This document shows positions 52,301 through 60,447 of a DNA stretch of 64,000 nucleotides, piece after piece (within the stretch, counting starts at the first letter, position 1; each line of letters starts with the position of its first letter). Location: the IMG/VR virus record IMGVR_UViG_3300037418_001469. One strand, given 5' to 3'. Source of the DNA: a virus. Both the position numbers and the translations under genes were made by a program. Under the pieces are notes generated by a model. It saw only the letters and a list, made by a program, of their open reading frames with translations. It ran no database searches and was not told where the DNA came from.

Positions 52301-53212
52301 TTAGCTACGCCAAAGACATTCTCCTGATATTTTTTCTTTAGTTAATTCGGTTATGAAAGATGAAATATCTAAGTCTCTGATTGCCTCCATAAGAGAAATA
52401 GTAGTTTGGAATACTCCGTATTCAGAAACCATTTCATCAATATCTGATAATGCTTTTTGAGAAACATTATTATCAGAGTATCTCTTAATAAAGTTGATTA
52501 TGTTATCTCTGTCATTTGAATGAACATGAGTTGGAACGGTTTTTGGAATCTCAACCTTCTGTTCTTCAATTTTTGATTCTTCAACTTTTAAAGGTTCGAC
52601 TTTCTCAACTTTAGGAACAACTGTTTCTGTATCTTGAATATTTGAATTGGCAATATCTTTGAAAGCAGGATTAATTTTTTCCTTACCACCAAGCGCTCTT
52701 GTAGAGAAACTCATTTTTCCATCATTATCAAGACGTTTTACTTTTACTCTAACTTTCTCGCCAATGTAAAAATAGTCATCAGGCAGGTCAACATATTGTC
52801 TACCTGTGATTTCTGAAACATGAATTAGTCCATCGAATCCTTCTTTGGTTTTTCCAAAAACTCCAAAATCATGAATAGATGTAATTTCAACTTCTAGTGT
52901 TTCTCCGATTTTATAAAAACTCCTAGGGTCTCTAAGGTCAGTTGTGACAGAGTTTACATAGTTGTTAATGCTCTCGTCTACATTCATTGGTTCTTCTAGT
53001 TTAGATTTGATATTGTTATAATAATAAAACTGTGCTGAACTTGCTGTGGTGTCTTTCTCCTTTGCAAAGTCTTTAAACAACACGGACAACGACTTCCTTT
53101 CCTGTTTAGTTTTTAAATTGTTCTCTATAACAACCTTCTCTAACTCCTTTCCTAGTTCAGTCCATTTTCCTTTCTCATAGGTTACTGTTGACATGAAAAA
53201 TTTCCTCCTCAT
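52301..53212 (-). CDS. S1 RNA-binding domain protein
   Basis: GETLEVEITSIHDFGVF..DGLIHVSEI..GEKVRVKV..SFS is a canonical S1 motif; probable start MSTVT at 53194. Confidence 0.8.
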   Translation of the reverse strand: MRRKFFMSTVTYEKGKWTELGKELEKVVIENNLKTKQERKSLSVLFKDFAKEKDTTASSAQFYYYNNIKSKLEEPMNVDESINNYVNSVTTDLRDPRSFYKIGETLEVEITSIHDFGVFGKTKEGFDGLIHVSEITGRQYVDLPDDYFYIGEKVRVKVKRLDNDGKMSFSTRALGGKEKINPAFKDIANSNIQDTETVVPKVEKVEPLKVEESKIEEQKVEIPKTVPTHVHSNDRDNIINFIKRYSDNNVSQKALSDIDEMVSEYGVFQTTISLMEAIRDLDISSFITELTKEKISGECLWRS

Positions 53213-53259
53213 TACTTTTTTGTACTTGTTTGGACAAGCACTTTGTTGACTCGGTTTTT

Positions 53260-53325
53260 ATTATAGATTATATTCTACTTAAAATCAAGTTATTCCTTGA
53301 CTAATTTTAGAATATAGGTTATAAT
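53260..53325. promoter_or_regulatory. divergent sigmaA promoters
   Basis: plus strand TTGACT(53297)-17-TATAAT; minus strand TTGATT(53288)-17-TATAAT. Confidence 0.7.
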
Positions 53326-53359
53326 ATAAATAAAATATAAAAATAAAGGTGTTGTTAGT

Positions 53360-53938
53360 ATGAGAGTAATCATATTGGAAGGTCCAAGATGTGTAGGAAA
53401 ATCAACGATTGCTAGAGCAATCAGAGAGAAAATTCCCGAAATTACGTTGGTGAACGCTACTGGATATCATTTGGACAATGAAGAAGGCAGAAAGAAAATA
53501 ATTGACTATTACTATAGTTGGATGAATATGATTAACAGTTTATCTAATACTGGTCACGATATTACATTTGTATTCGACAGATTCTTCTTTACAGAAAGAG
53601 TGTTTTCAGAGTTATACAAAGAGTATACTTTCGATTACTACGATATGTTTTGTGAGTGGCTAACTGATGTAGCAGAAGTAGATATCCTTTTCTTTACTAT
53701 TGATAATGTCGATGAATTAAAAGAGCGATTAAACAGAGATAAAGTTCCATTCGGAAAAGCAGAGGAAAGTGTAGTTGAAACACTCAAGCAACAAGATTTG
53801 TATGAAGATATTATGGTCGATTTTTACAGAGATTATTCAAGCGAATCAGCAAGATTACATACGATTGACACAAGTAATAAAAGTTTGGAAGAAATTCAAA
53901 ATGAAGTATTTAAAATAATTAAAAGAGAGGAGACTTAA
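53360..53938 (+). CDS. P-loop nucleotide monophosphate kinase (thymidylate kinase-like)
   Basis: ILEGPRCVGKST, FDRFF. Confidence 0.75.
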   Translation: MRVIILEGPRCVGKSTIARAIREKIPEITLVNATGYHLDNEEGRKKIIDYYYSWMNMINSLSNTGHDITFVFDRFFFTERVFSELYKEYTFDYYDMFCEWLTDVAEVDILFFTIDNVDELKERLNRDKVPFGKAEESVVETLKQQDLYEDIMVDFYRDYSSESARLHTIDTSNKSLEEIQNEVFKIIKREET

Positions 53939-53939
53939 A

Positions 53940-54695
53940 ATGAGAATTGGAATTGTATCAGATACCCATTCAAATGAACATGCTTTACGTTCTGTGCTAG
54001 AACATATGAATAGTGTCGGAGTAGATAAGAAAGTTCATTTGGGAGATATAGTTGGTTACGGACCGAGACCCAATGAGACATTGGCACTAACATTGGAACA
54101 TTTTAATTACATAATCAAAGGTAATCATGATTACGCTTGTGAGCGTGAAGAAAACACTTGGGGATTTAACCCTATGGCAAAAGAGGCTATCGAATGGACA
54201 GTAAATAAGCTGTCGAAAGAAGAAATCGAGGTGCTGACTAATCTGCCTTACGCACAGAACATTGGTGATACAATGTTTGTTCATGGTAGCCCATATTCTC
54301 CATTTGACTATATGGTTGACGAGAACGATGCCAAGTTAGCCTTTAGTAATGATGACTTTCAAGTAGCTTTTGTTGGTCACACACATGCTCCGTTTGTATG
54401 GTATGAAAAATCTATTGATAAGCCCGAATTTGAAAATACCTTAGTTCTAAACAATTATGGCATCATTGGTGCTTATGAAGTATTGTTGTCAAATAAAGGA
54501 AGAACAATTATTAATGTTGGCTCTGTAGGACAATCTCGTGATGGAGACAATCGTGCAACTTATGCTATTTATGATACACATCTCAATAGAGTAATCATTT
54601 ACAAAATCCCATATCCAGTTGACAGAGTAGTTGGACAAATGCAACGAGCAGGTTTTGATGAAAGACATTATCGAAGACTAATCTTTGGTAGGTAA
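53940..54695 (+). CDS. calcineurin-like metallophosphoesterase
   Basis: SDTH, GDIVGYG, GNHD, HG, GHTH motifs. Confidence 0.85.
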   Translation: MRIGIVSDTHSNEHALRSVLEHMNSVGVDKKVHLGDIVGYGPRPNETLALTLEHFNYIIKGNHDYACEREENTWGFNPMAKEAIEWTVNKLSKEEIEVLTNLPYAQNIGDTMFVHGSPYSPFDYMVDENDAKLAFSNDDFQVAFVGHTHAPFVWYEKSIDKPEFENTLVLNNYGIIGAYEVLLSNKGRTIINVGSVGQSRDGDNRATYAIYDTHLNRVIIYKIPYPVDRVVGQMQRAGFDERHYRRLIFGR

Positions 54696-54712
54696 TCGAA
54701 AGGAGAATCAAT

Positions 54713-55219
54713 ATGGATTTTAAGACACCAAAGGTGGTATGTGGAGTATGTAACGGAAAAGGTGGATTTAGAAAACTAAAAGATAATTTCCTTGATACAA
54801 ATTGGATTGATTGTGCATACTGTGAAGGATATGGTTTTGTTGATGACACTACCACCGAAGAAGAAGTAACAACACACCTTACATATAACCGATATAAAAC
54901 TAAGTTAGAATCATCATTCAGTATACTAGGAGAATTAAAGGTAGTCACATCAGAATCAGAAAAAACAGATATGTTTGTAAAAATTCTTCCATACAACAGA
55001 AAAAACTGGACTACCTTAATTAAGCACATATTAAAATTCTCGCATCATCACGATAAAATTAAAGTACTTCCTAAGCAAGCGTTTTATCATACAGATGATG
55101 AAACCCACTATATTGATTGGGAATTGCACATTACAATGCATACCCTAGAAGATTTAGATGGACTATTAGAACTAGTTCGCATGTATAATGACACATTAGC
55201 AGTAGGTGGTGGCATATGA
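54713..55219 (+). CDS. hypothetical protein with DnaJ-type zinc knuckle
   Basis: CGVCNGKG and CAYCEGYG. Confidence 0.65.
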   Translation: MDFKTPKVVCGVCNGKGGFRKLKDNFLDTNWIDCAYCEGYGFVDDTTTEEEVTTHLTYNRYKTKLESSFSILGELKVVTSESEKTDMFVKILPYNRKNWTTLIKHILKFSHHHDKIKVLPKQAFYHTDDETHYIDWELHITMHTLEDLDGLLELVRMYNDTLAVGGGI

Positions 55220-55986
55220 AATGTCTAGGATTAACATTCTTAGGAACTGGCAGTGCCTTCTCAAAGAAATTCGGAAATAACAGTGCGGTGGTTACGATAG
55301 GAGATAAGAATTTACTTATTGATTGCGGAAGAACAACACCAAATGATTTAGATAAATCTCAATTCTCATGGTCAGACATTGATGCTATTTTCATCACTCA
55401 TATTCACGGAGACCATGTATTTGGATTGGAAGAGGCAGGATTCATGGGTAGATTCGTTCTCAATAAAAAACCGCATATTATTTTCCCACATAAGAAGATT
55501 AAGCAAGACCTGTGGGAGAAAGTACTCAAAGGAACAATGATGCAAGGAGATTTAGACAGGAACATGACATTCGATGATTATTTTACATATGAAATTGTCG
55601 ATGAGAGAGAGCAATATTTCGAATTTAACGATGTAATGTTTTCTGTATTTTCAACACAACATGTCAAAAATAAAAAATCATATGGCTTAATTATTGGAGA
55701 GTATGATTATATAGTATATACATCAGACACACTTTTTGATAGTGAAATGGTAATTGCTTTCTACCAAGGTGGAGCACAAAAGATATTTCACGACTGTCAA
55801 ATGACAGATTACAAAGGAAAAGTACACGCATCACTAGATGAATTAGCTACATTACCAGAAGAAATTCGAGAGAAGACAGTTATTATGCACTACGGAGATG
55901 ACTTAGATGGCAATTTTACAAGAATTAAAGAATTAAAATTAGGAATAGCGTTGCCAAATATAACTCAAAAATTCGTAGTCAAATAG
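55216..55986 (+). CDS. apyc1: MBL-fold hydrolase, anti-Pycsar Apyc1-like
   Basis: GTGSAFSKKF.NNSA, LLIDCG, THIHGDH, GLEE, SDT.FD, FHDCQ, VHASLDEL, MHYGD match recalled Apyc1 motifs. Confidence 0.75.
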   Translation: MKCLGLTFLGTGSAFSKKFGNNSAVVTIGDKNLLIDCGRTTPNDLDKSQFSWSDIDAIFITHIHGDHVFGLEEAGFMGRFVLNKKPHIIFPHKKIKQDLWEKVLKGTMMQGDLDRNMTFDDYFTYEIVDEREQYFEFNDVMFSVFSTQHVKNKKSYGLIIGEYDYIVYTSDTLFDSEMVIAFYQGGAQKIFHDCQMTDYKGKVHASLDELATLPEEIREKTVIMHYGDDLDGNFTRIKELKLGIALPNITQKFVVK

Positions 55987-56008
55987 AGGGGTAAAATCCT
56001 CTATTTTT
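55984..56008 (+). terminator. intrinsic terminator
   Basis: TAGAGG..CCTCTA followed by TTTTT. Confidence 0.65.
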
Positions 56009-56026
56009 ATTTTTCCTTGTTTTTCC

Positions 56027-56056
56027 TTGACTTGTACCTATAACACAGTTTATAAT
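56027..56056 (+). promoter_or_regulatory. early sigmaA promoter (CCTTGACT class)
   Basis: TTGACT-18-TATAAT. Confidence 0.65.
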
Positions 56057-56090
56057 ACAAACATAATATAAAAGCAAAGGAGATGATAAG

Positions 56091-56747
56091 ATGGAGGCGA
56101 AATGTTTCTTTTCTAAATCTAGTAATATCTTATCCGTAGCTATTTTATTAGCAAGTCTAACGACATTCGGAGTTGGTATCTATGCTTATGATACCTATAC
56201 GAAAGACACACAAAAACAATTAAAAGACAAAGAGAGACAAATTGAATTGTTGGAAGATTCGATTTACAAAGAAAAAGGAAACACCCAAATTTACATGAAC
56301 AAGGTTGAGGAGCAAAGAACTGGTATATATAAACTTCTCAAGGAAAATAAAGACTTAAAAAAGAAGGTAACTACTTATAAAAATAAGAGTGAATCTCCCA
56401 CGAGACAGATACCAAGCAGAGGAGAGCCTGCAAAGAAAAAGATATATGTTGAAGCAACCGCCTACACCGCTTTCTGCGACACTGGATGTACTGGTGTGAC
56501 AGCAACAGGTCTTAATGTGAGTAATACTACTAAGCACCAAGGAGTTGTTGTTATAGCAGTAGACCCAAGAGTAATCCCATTACACTCTAAAGTAAGGGTT
56601 GATACCGAAAAAGGAGATAGTTTCCTAGCGATAGCAGAAGATACTGGTGGAGCAATTAAAGGTGGAAGAATTGATGTCTTGGTTTCAAATAACAGTAAAG
56701 CTATGGACTTCGGAAGACAAGGTGCTACAGTTACAATATTAGACTAG
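56091..56747 (+). CDS. membrane-anchored 3D-domain (MltA-like) cell-wall protein
   Basis: TM, coiled coil, then ATAYT..IAVDPRVIPL..AEDTGGAIKG.RIDV. Confidence 0.85.
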   Translation: MEAKCFFSKSSNILSVAILLASLTTFGVGIYAYDTYTKDTQKQLKDKERQIELLEDSIYKEKGNTQIYMNKVEEQRTGIYKLLKENKDLKKKVTTYKNKSESPTRQIPSRGEPAKKKIYVEATAYTAFCDTGCTGVTATGLNVSNTTKHQGVVVIAVDPRVIPLHSKVRVDTEKGDSFLAIAEDTGGAIKGGRIDVLVSNNSKAMDFGRQGATVTILD

Positions 56748-56758
56748 GAGGTTATGAT

Positions 56759-56962
56759 ATGAACATGAAGGAATCCTACTTAGATGCTATTAACTGGCTT
56801 ACGCAACACGATAGAAATAGAATCATTGTTAAAGTTAAAACAGAAAAAGAACTTAAAGCATATCAAAAGTATTTTAGAGTGCAAATTGATAGCGATTTAT
56901 TTTTAGATGAAAGCTTGTATGATATTATTGAGTGGAAAATTGACCCTACAATTGAAAAATAG
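56759..56962 (+). CDS. hypothetical protein
   Basis: AGGAGG RBS. Confidence 0.6.
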   Translation: MNMKESYLDAINWLTQHDRNRIIVKVKTEKELKAYQKYFRVQIDSDLFLDESLYDIIEWKIDPTIEK

Positions 56963-56970
56963 AGTTGTCC

Positions 56971-56999
56971 TTGACTTTTTGTTATAATTCATATATAAT
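56971..56999 (+). promoter_or_regulatory. early sigmaA promoter
   Basis: TTGACT-17-TATAAT; near-identical to 57530-57558. Confidence 0.75.
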
Positions 57000-57005
57000 A
57001 TAAGT

Positions 57006-57073
57006 ACTTGGAGAGTTTGATTCTGACTTTTATTGGTTGGTGGTGGTTTTTATAGCCTCCACCTCCTTGTCAG
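57006..57073 (+). ncRNA. candidate small RNA with 16S rRNA-end-like sequences
   Basis: has its own promoter and no ORF; GGAGAGTTTGAT and CACCTCCTT; CTGAC/GTCAG stem. Confidence 0.4.
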
Positions 57074-57080
57074 TTTGTCC

Positions 57081-57109
57081 TTGACTTTTTTTTACTAGGG
57101 AGTTATAAT
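57081..57109 (+). promoter_or_regulatory. early sigmaA promoter
   Basis: TTGACT-17-TATAAT. Confidence 0.75.
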
Positions 57110-57140
57110 ATAAATATAATTCAAAGAGGAGATGGTCAGC

Positions 57141-57269
57141 ATGAAAAAAATAGACAAAGACCTAATGGCTAAAATGTACGTAGAGATGGGAGAAATCAAT
57201 GTCTCCATTTCCGAAGGAATTACAGAAGAAATCGTATGGCATAAGGAGGTAGAAAATAATGGCAACTGA
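57141..57269 (+). CDS. 42-aa MazE/NdoAI-like antitoxin mimic
   Basis: GAGGAG RBS; MKKIDKDLMAKMYVEMGEINVSISEG resembles recalled B. subtilis NdoAI C-terminal RDLMRRGYMEMAKINLNISSE. Confidence 0.6.
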   Translation: MKKIDKDLMAKMYVEMGEINVSISEGITEEIVWHKEVENNGN

Positions 57270-57522
57270 AAGAGAAGCAGTATTATCACTGTTGCTAGTG
57301 CAGTGTATCAAGCGACTTAGCAAGAATGGCAAACAAAAGGTACATATCACAAATGCAGAATTAAATAGATTAGTAGAAGGAAACTTTGAAGTTGATTTTA
57401 GCGAAAGCAATAGCGATAGATTTATTTTAAAATTAGTTAAAGGCGAACCGCTAGTTGGTCTCGAAGAAATTGTAGTTGAAGAAAATGTAGAGCTACCAAA
57501 AGAACTATTAGAAGAACAATAG
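57259..57522 (+). CDS. hypothetical protein
   Basis: AAGGAGG RBS. Confidence 0.7.
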   Translation: MATEREAVLSLLLVQCIKRLSKNGKQKVHITNAELNRLVEGNFEVDFSESNSDRFILKLVKGEPLVGLEEIVVEENVELPKELLEEQ

Positions 57523-57529
57523 TTTATCC

Positions 57530-57558
57530 TTGACTTTTTATTATAATTCATTTATAAT
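57530..57558 (+). promoter_or_regulatory. early sigmaA promoter
   Basis: TTGACT-17-TATAAT. Confidence 0.75.
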
Positions 57559-57564
57559 ATAATT

Positions 57565-57897
57565 ACCGAGATAAGCGTAACGCTTAATCAATTAGGAAAC
57601 TGTCAGATGGAAGATAGTAGGGTGGCAGAGAGTAGCAGGTGAATGGGGTTTATTCCTGCCGAATAATTATGAGAGGCTAGCATCTCATAGGAAGTGCATA
57701 TTGGAGTCGGTAGAGGGATGCACAGGGACAACATGGGTTAAAGTGTCTCGCCAAATAATGTTCTACTCTCAAAACTACCAAAATAGCGAATGTCATGGAG
57801 AAACAGAGTGCCTGTAAACAAACTATGATAGCTATGAAAGTGAATGACTGGTTCGGAACATCAAGGAAGGGCAAGGGGCAAAGCTAACGTCCCCCTT
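57565..57897 (+). ncRNA. large structured RNA, family unknown
   Basis: follows promoter, no plus-strand ORF; GAGAGTAG/CTACTCTC encloses several hairpins. Confidence 0.55.
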
Positions 57898-57947
57898 CTA
57901 ACGTAGAAATATCGTCATATTTGACGACATAGAAGGGAATGAGGAAT

Positions 57948-58064
57948 ATGAGAAAGTGTGAAAATTGCGGAAACGATAGAGAAGAGTATTTGAATCACTA
58001 CTGCAAGACGTGTTTAGATAAAATGACAGAAAATAACAGTGTAGTAATTCGAAAAGAATTGTGA
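57948..58064 (+). CDS. 38-aa zinc-finger microprotein
   Basis: MRKCENC...YCKTC; GAGG RBS; not in the ORF track. Confidence 0.55.
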   Translation: MRKCENCGNDREEYLNHYCKTCLDKMTENNSVVIRKEL

Positions 58065-58078
58065 TACAAAATTTATCC

Positions 58079-58107
58079 TTGACTTTTTAAAGGTCATATG
58101 ATATAAT
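58079..58107 (+). promoter_or_regulatory. early sigmaA promoter heading the DUF2828/RNA island
   Basis: TTGACT-17-TATAAT with extended TG. Confidence 0.75.
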
Positions 58108-58126
58108 ATATTTATAAGATAATGAG

Positions 58127-58309
58127 GTGATTGTTATAAAAGAAGAAATTAGATATGCTTTAGAAAATTTAAAAGATGAAGATAAAATCAAGTCTTTCTT
58201 AGAAAGACAGTCACACGATAGCTTATATTATATATTTACAATGTTAGAATATACAGATGTTGAAACATCTAATCTATGGACAAACACATATAATAGTTTA
58301 TTTAAATAA
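58127..58309 (+). CDS. hypothetical protein
   Basis: short ORF after promoter; start uncertain. Confidence 0.5.
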   Translation: MIVIKEEIRYALENLKDEDKIKSFLERQSHDSLYYIFTMLEYTDVETSNLWTNTYNSLFK

Positions 58310-58314
58310 TATCA

Positions 58315-58381
58315 GAGACACTCACAGCAATCCTACATACAAACAATTCAATTGGTGAATATTAAATGTATATAGTGTCTC
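58315..58381 (+). ncRNA. ACAGCAA-family RNA 1 (Y-RNA-like)
   Basis: GAGACACT/AGTGTCTC stem followed by ACAGCAA. Confidence 0.6.
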
Positions 58382-58392
58382 GTTAAACGTAA

Positions 58393-58485
58393 AAGACCCA
58401 AACAGCAAAACAATATAGTGCGATTGGTTCGCAATTTTTCTACTACGAAAATCTAAGAGGTTCAAATCCTCCTATAATGGGTCTT
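58393..58485 (+). ncRNA. ACAGCAA-family RNA 2 with tRNA-like D, anticodon-like and T arms
   Basis: AAGACCCA/TGGGTCTT stem; TAGTGCGATTGGTTCGCA; GAGG-TTCAAAT-CCTC. Confidence 0.65.
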
Positions 58486-58505
58486 GTCAAACGTATCTAA
58501 ACGTT

Positions 58506-58610
58506 GGCACATACAGCAATCCACTAACCTATACAGGAAAGTTCTCTACATTATGTAGACTTTAAAGATTGCTCGTGAAGAGCACGAAAAAATTTATCAT
58601 AGCTAGTGCC
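58506..58610 (+). ncRNA. ACAGCAA-family RNA 3
   Basis: GGCAC/GTGCC stem followed by ACAGCAA; internal hairpins. Confidence 0.55.
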
Positions 58611-58669
58611 TAGTAAACTAGAAGTCTATCTCCCCCAAGAGTCCACGTCGACGGGGAGATAAAACGTCC

Positions 58670-58726
58670 AGACATTAACAGCAACACAAAACAAATTTTC
58701 TTTGGATGAAAAATTATAATATGTCT
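58670..58726 (+). ncRNA. ACAGCAA-family RNA 4, abutting the RBS of the DUF2828 gene
   Basis: AGACAT/ATGTCT stem followed by ACAGCAA. Confidence 0.55.
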
Positions 58727-58733
58727 AGAAAGG

Positions 58734-60254
58734 ATGATTTATATGTTAAACCACTTAAAAAATGAAACTAATGTAGCATATACTACTAACGGTGCTAAGG
58801 CACTAAAAACATCTAACTCTTATCTTGTTGATTTCTTCGCATCATCTGGTGCACTGAGAAATCGTTCAAAAGAAGATATTAATCAATTGTTCTCTAAAGC
58901 ATTTGCAGAGGATAAATTATTGGCTATGAAAGCTTTATTCTATACTAGAGACATTCGTGGCGGACAAGGTGAGCGTGAAACATTTAAAACTATTATTAAA
59001 CAATTAGCTTTTACACATCCAGAAGTATTAGCTAGTAATATTAATTTAATTCCCTACTTTGGTCGATATGACGACTTACTAGTTTTGCTAGACACTCCTC
59101 TTGAAAAATTAGCTATGTCTATTATCAGAGCGCAACTACTTGAGGATTTAGATTTAGAGGCTCCTTCGCTATTAGCAAAATGGTTGCCATCTGAAAACGC
59201 ATCTTCTCGTGAAACTAAGCGTTTAGCTAAGAAGGTAGTATATAATTTAGGATTAACTCCTAAGCAATACCGTAAAACATTAACAACACTTCGCAAGAAG
59301 ATTAATATTGTTGAAGGTTTGATGTCAGCAAAGAAATTCAATGAAGTTGAATACGATAAAATTCCTTCTAAAGCAGGTCTGATTTATCGGAATGCATTTT
59401 ACCGAAATGACGGAGAACGATATACTGCATTTGTTGATTCACTTGTAAAGAGCGTGGAAAATAACGACAAAGAAACTAAAATTAATGTTAAGACATTGTT
59501 TCCATATGAGATTATTGGCAAATTCCCAATTACTATGACTACAGCAAATAACCGTCGTCATTATAATGCAGTAGTTGGTCATGCAAGCTCTCAAGATGAA
59601 AAGCTACTAGATGCTATGTGGAAGTCATTACCTGATTTTATTGGAGATAATTTTGATAACGCATTAGCAGTAGTAGATACATCAGGTTCTATGCGTGGAT
59701 TACCTATTCAAGTAGCACTTTCTTTAGGTCTTTACCTTGCCGAAAGAAATAAAGGAATTTTCAATAATCACTTTATTACATTCAGCAAAAAACCTGAATT
59801 ACAAGAAGTGTTAGGTGATACTTTAGGTGATAAGCTAAGAAATATGTCTCAAGCTGATTGGGACATGAATACTGATATTCAGTCTGTATTTAGCCTAATC
59901 CTTAACACTGCAATTAAGAATAATGTTCCGCAAGAAGAGTTACCATCTAAGATTTTCATTATCAGCGATATGGAATTTGATAAATGCGTAGGAAGTGGAA
60001 ACAATAAAACCGTCTTTGGTGAATTGGCTAATGACTTTGCTAAGTTTGGTTATGTTATTCCTGAACTAGTTTTTTGGAATGTTAATGCATTATCTACACA
60101 TTTTCCTGTTAAATACAATGAAACTGGAACTGCCCTTGTATCAGGTTGTTCGCCAACCGTCTTTAAGAATCTACTTGCAGGAAAAGAAATGACACCATAT
60201 GCAATGATGCTAGATGTACTTAATAATGAGCGTTACGATATTGTAATGGCATAA
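58734..60254 (+). CDS. DUF2828-family TROVE/Ro60-like protein with C-terminal vWA domain
   Basis: TTNGA..S..VDFF, RDIRGGQGER, AKWLP; MIDAS-type VVDTSGSM, IISDMEFD, LVFWNV. Confidence 0.75.
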   Translation: MIYMLNHLKNETNVAYTTNGAKALKTSNSYLVDFFASSGALRNRSKEDINQLFSKAFAEDKLLAMKALFYTRDIRGGQGERETFKTIIKQLAFTHPEVLASNINLIPYFGRYDDLLVLLDTPLEKLAMSIIRAQLLEDLDLEAPSLLAKWLPSENASSRETKRLAKKVVYNLGLTPKQYRKTLTTLRKKINIVEGLMSAKKFNEVEYDKIPSKAGLIYRNAFYRNDGERYTAFVDSLVKSVENNDKETKINVKTLFPYEIIGKFPITMTTANNRRHYNAVVGHASSQDEKLLDAMWKSLPDFIGDNFDNALAVVDTSGSMRGLPIQVALSLGLYLAERNKGIFNNHFITFSKKPELQEVLGDTLGDKLRNMSQADWDMNTDIQSVFSLILNTAIKNNVPQEELPSKIFIISDMEFDKCVGSGNNKTVFGELANDFAKFGYVIPELVFWNVNALSTHFPVKYNETGTALVSGCSPTVFKNLLAGKEMTPYAMMLDVLNNERYDIVMA

Positions 60255-60284
60255 TAAATGGAGGGGTAAAACCCTCTTATACGT

Positions 60285-60385
60285 GGAGAGCCTTGGCGGT
60301 GTAGTCCAACGAGACTATTGGTGGTTCGATTCCATCTGAAAACAGTGGCATGCAAATAATAGAGGGTTCGATTCCTTCCTCTCTC
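60285..60385 (+). ncRNA. tRNA-like RNA with two T-arms
   Basis: GGAGAG/CTCTC ends; GGTGG-TTCGATT-CCATC and GAGGG-TTCGATT-CCTTC; no anticodon arm. Confidence 0.55.
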
Positions 60386-60447
60386 AAAAACGTGAATGGC
60401 ATATTTTTCTATATAAGCAGAAGACTAAGACAACACACAAAAATACG

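Noticed and set aside
57010-57068. 16S rRNA gene
   Set aside because: Only the two terminal motifs are present within 60 nt; reported instead as a possible mimic
58315-58726. CRISPR array interpretation of the ACAGCAA repeats
   Set aside because: The identical core is only 7 nt, spacing is irregular, the units fold as closed stems, and no cas genes are present
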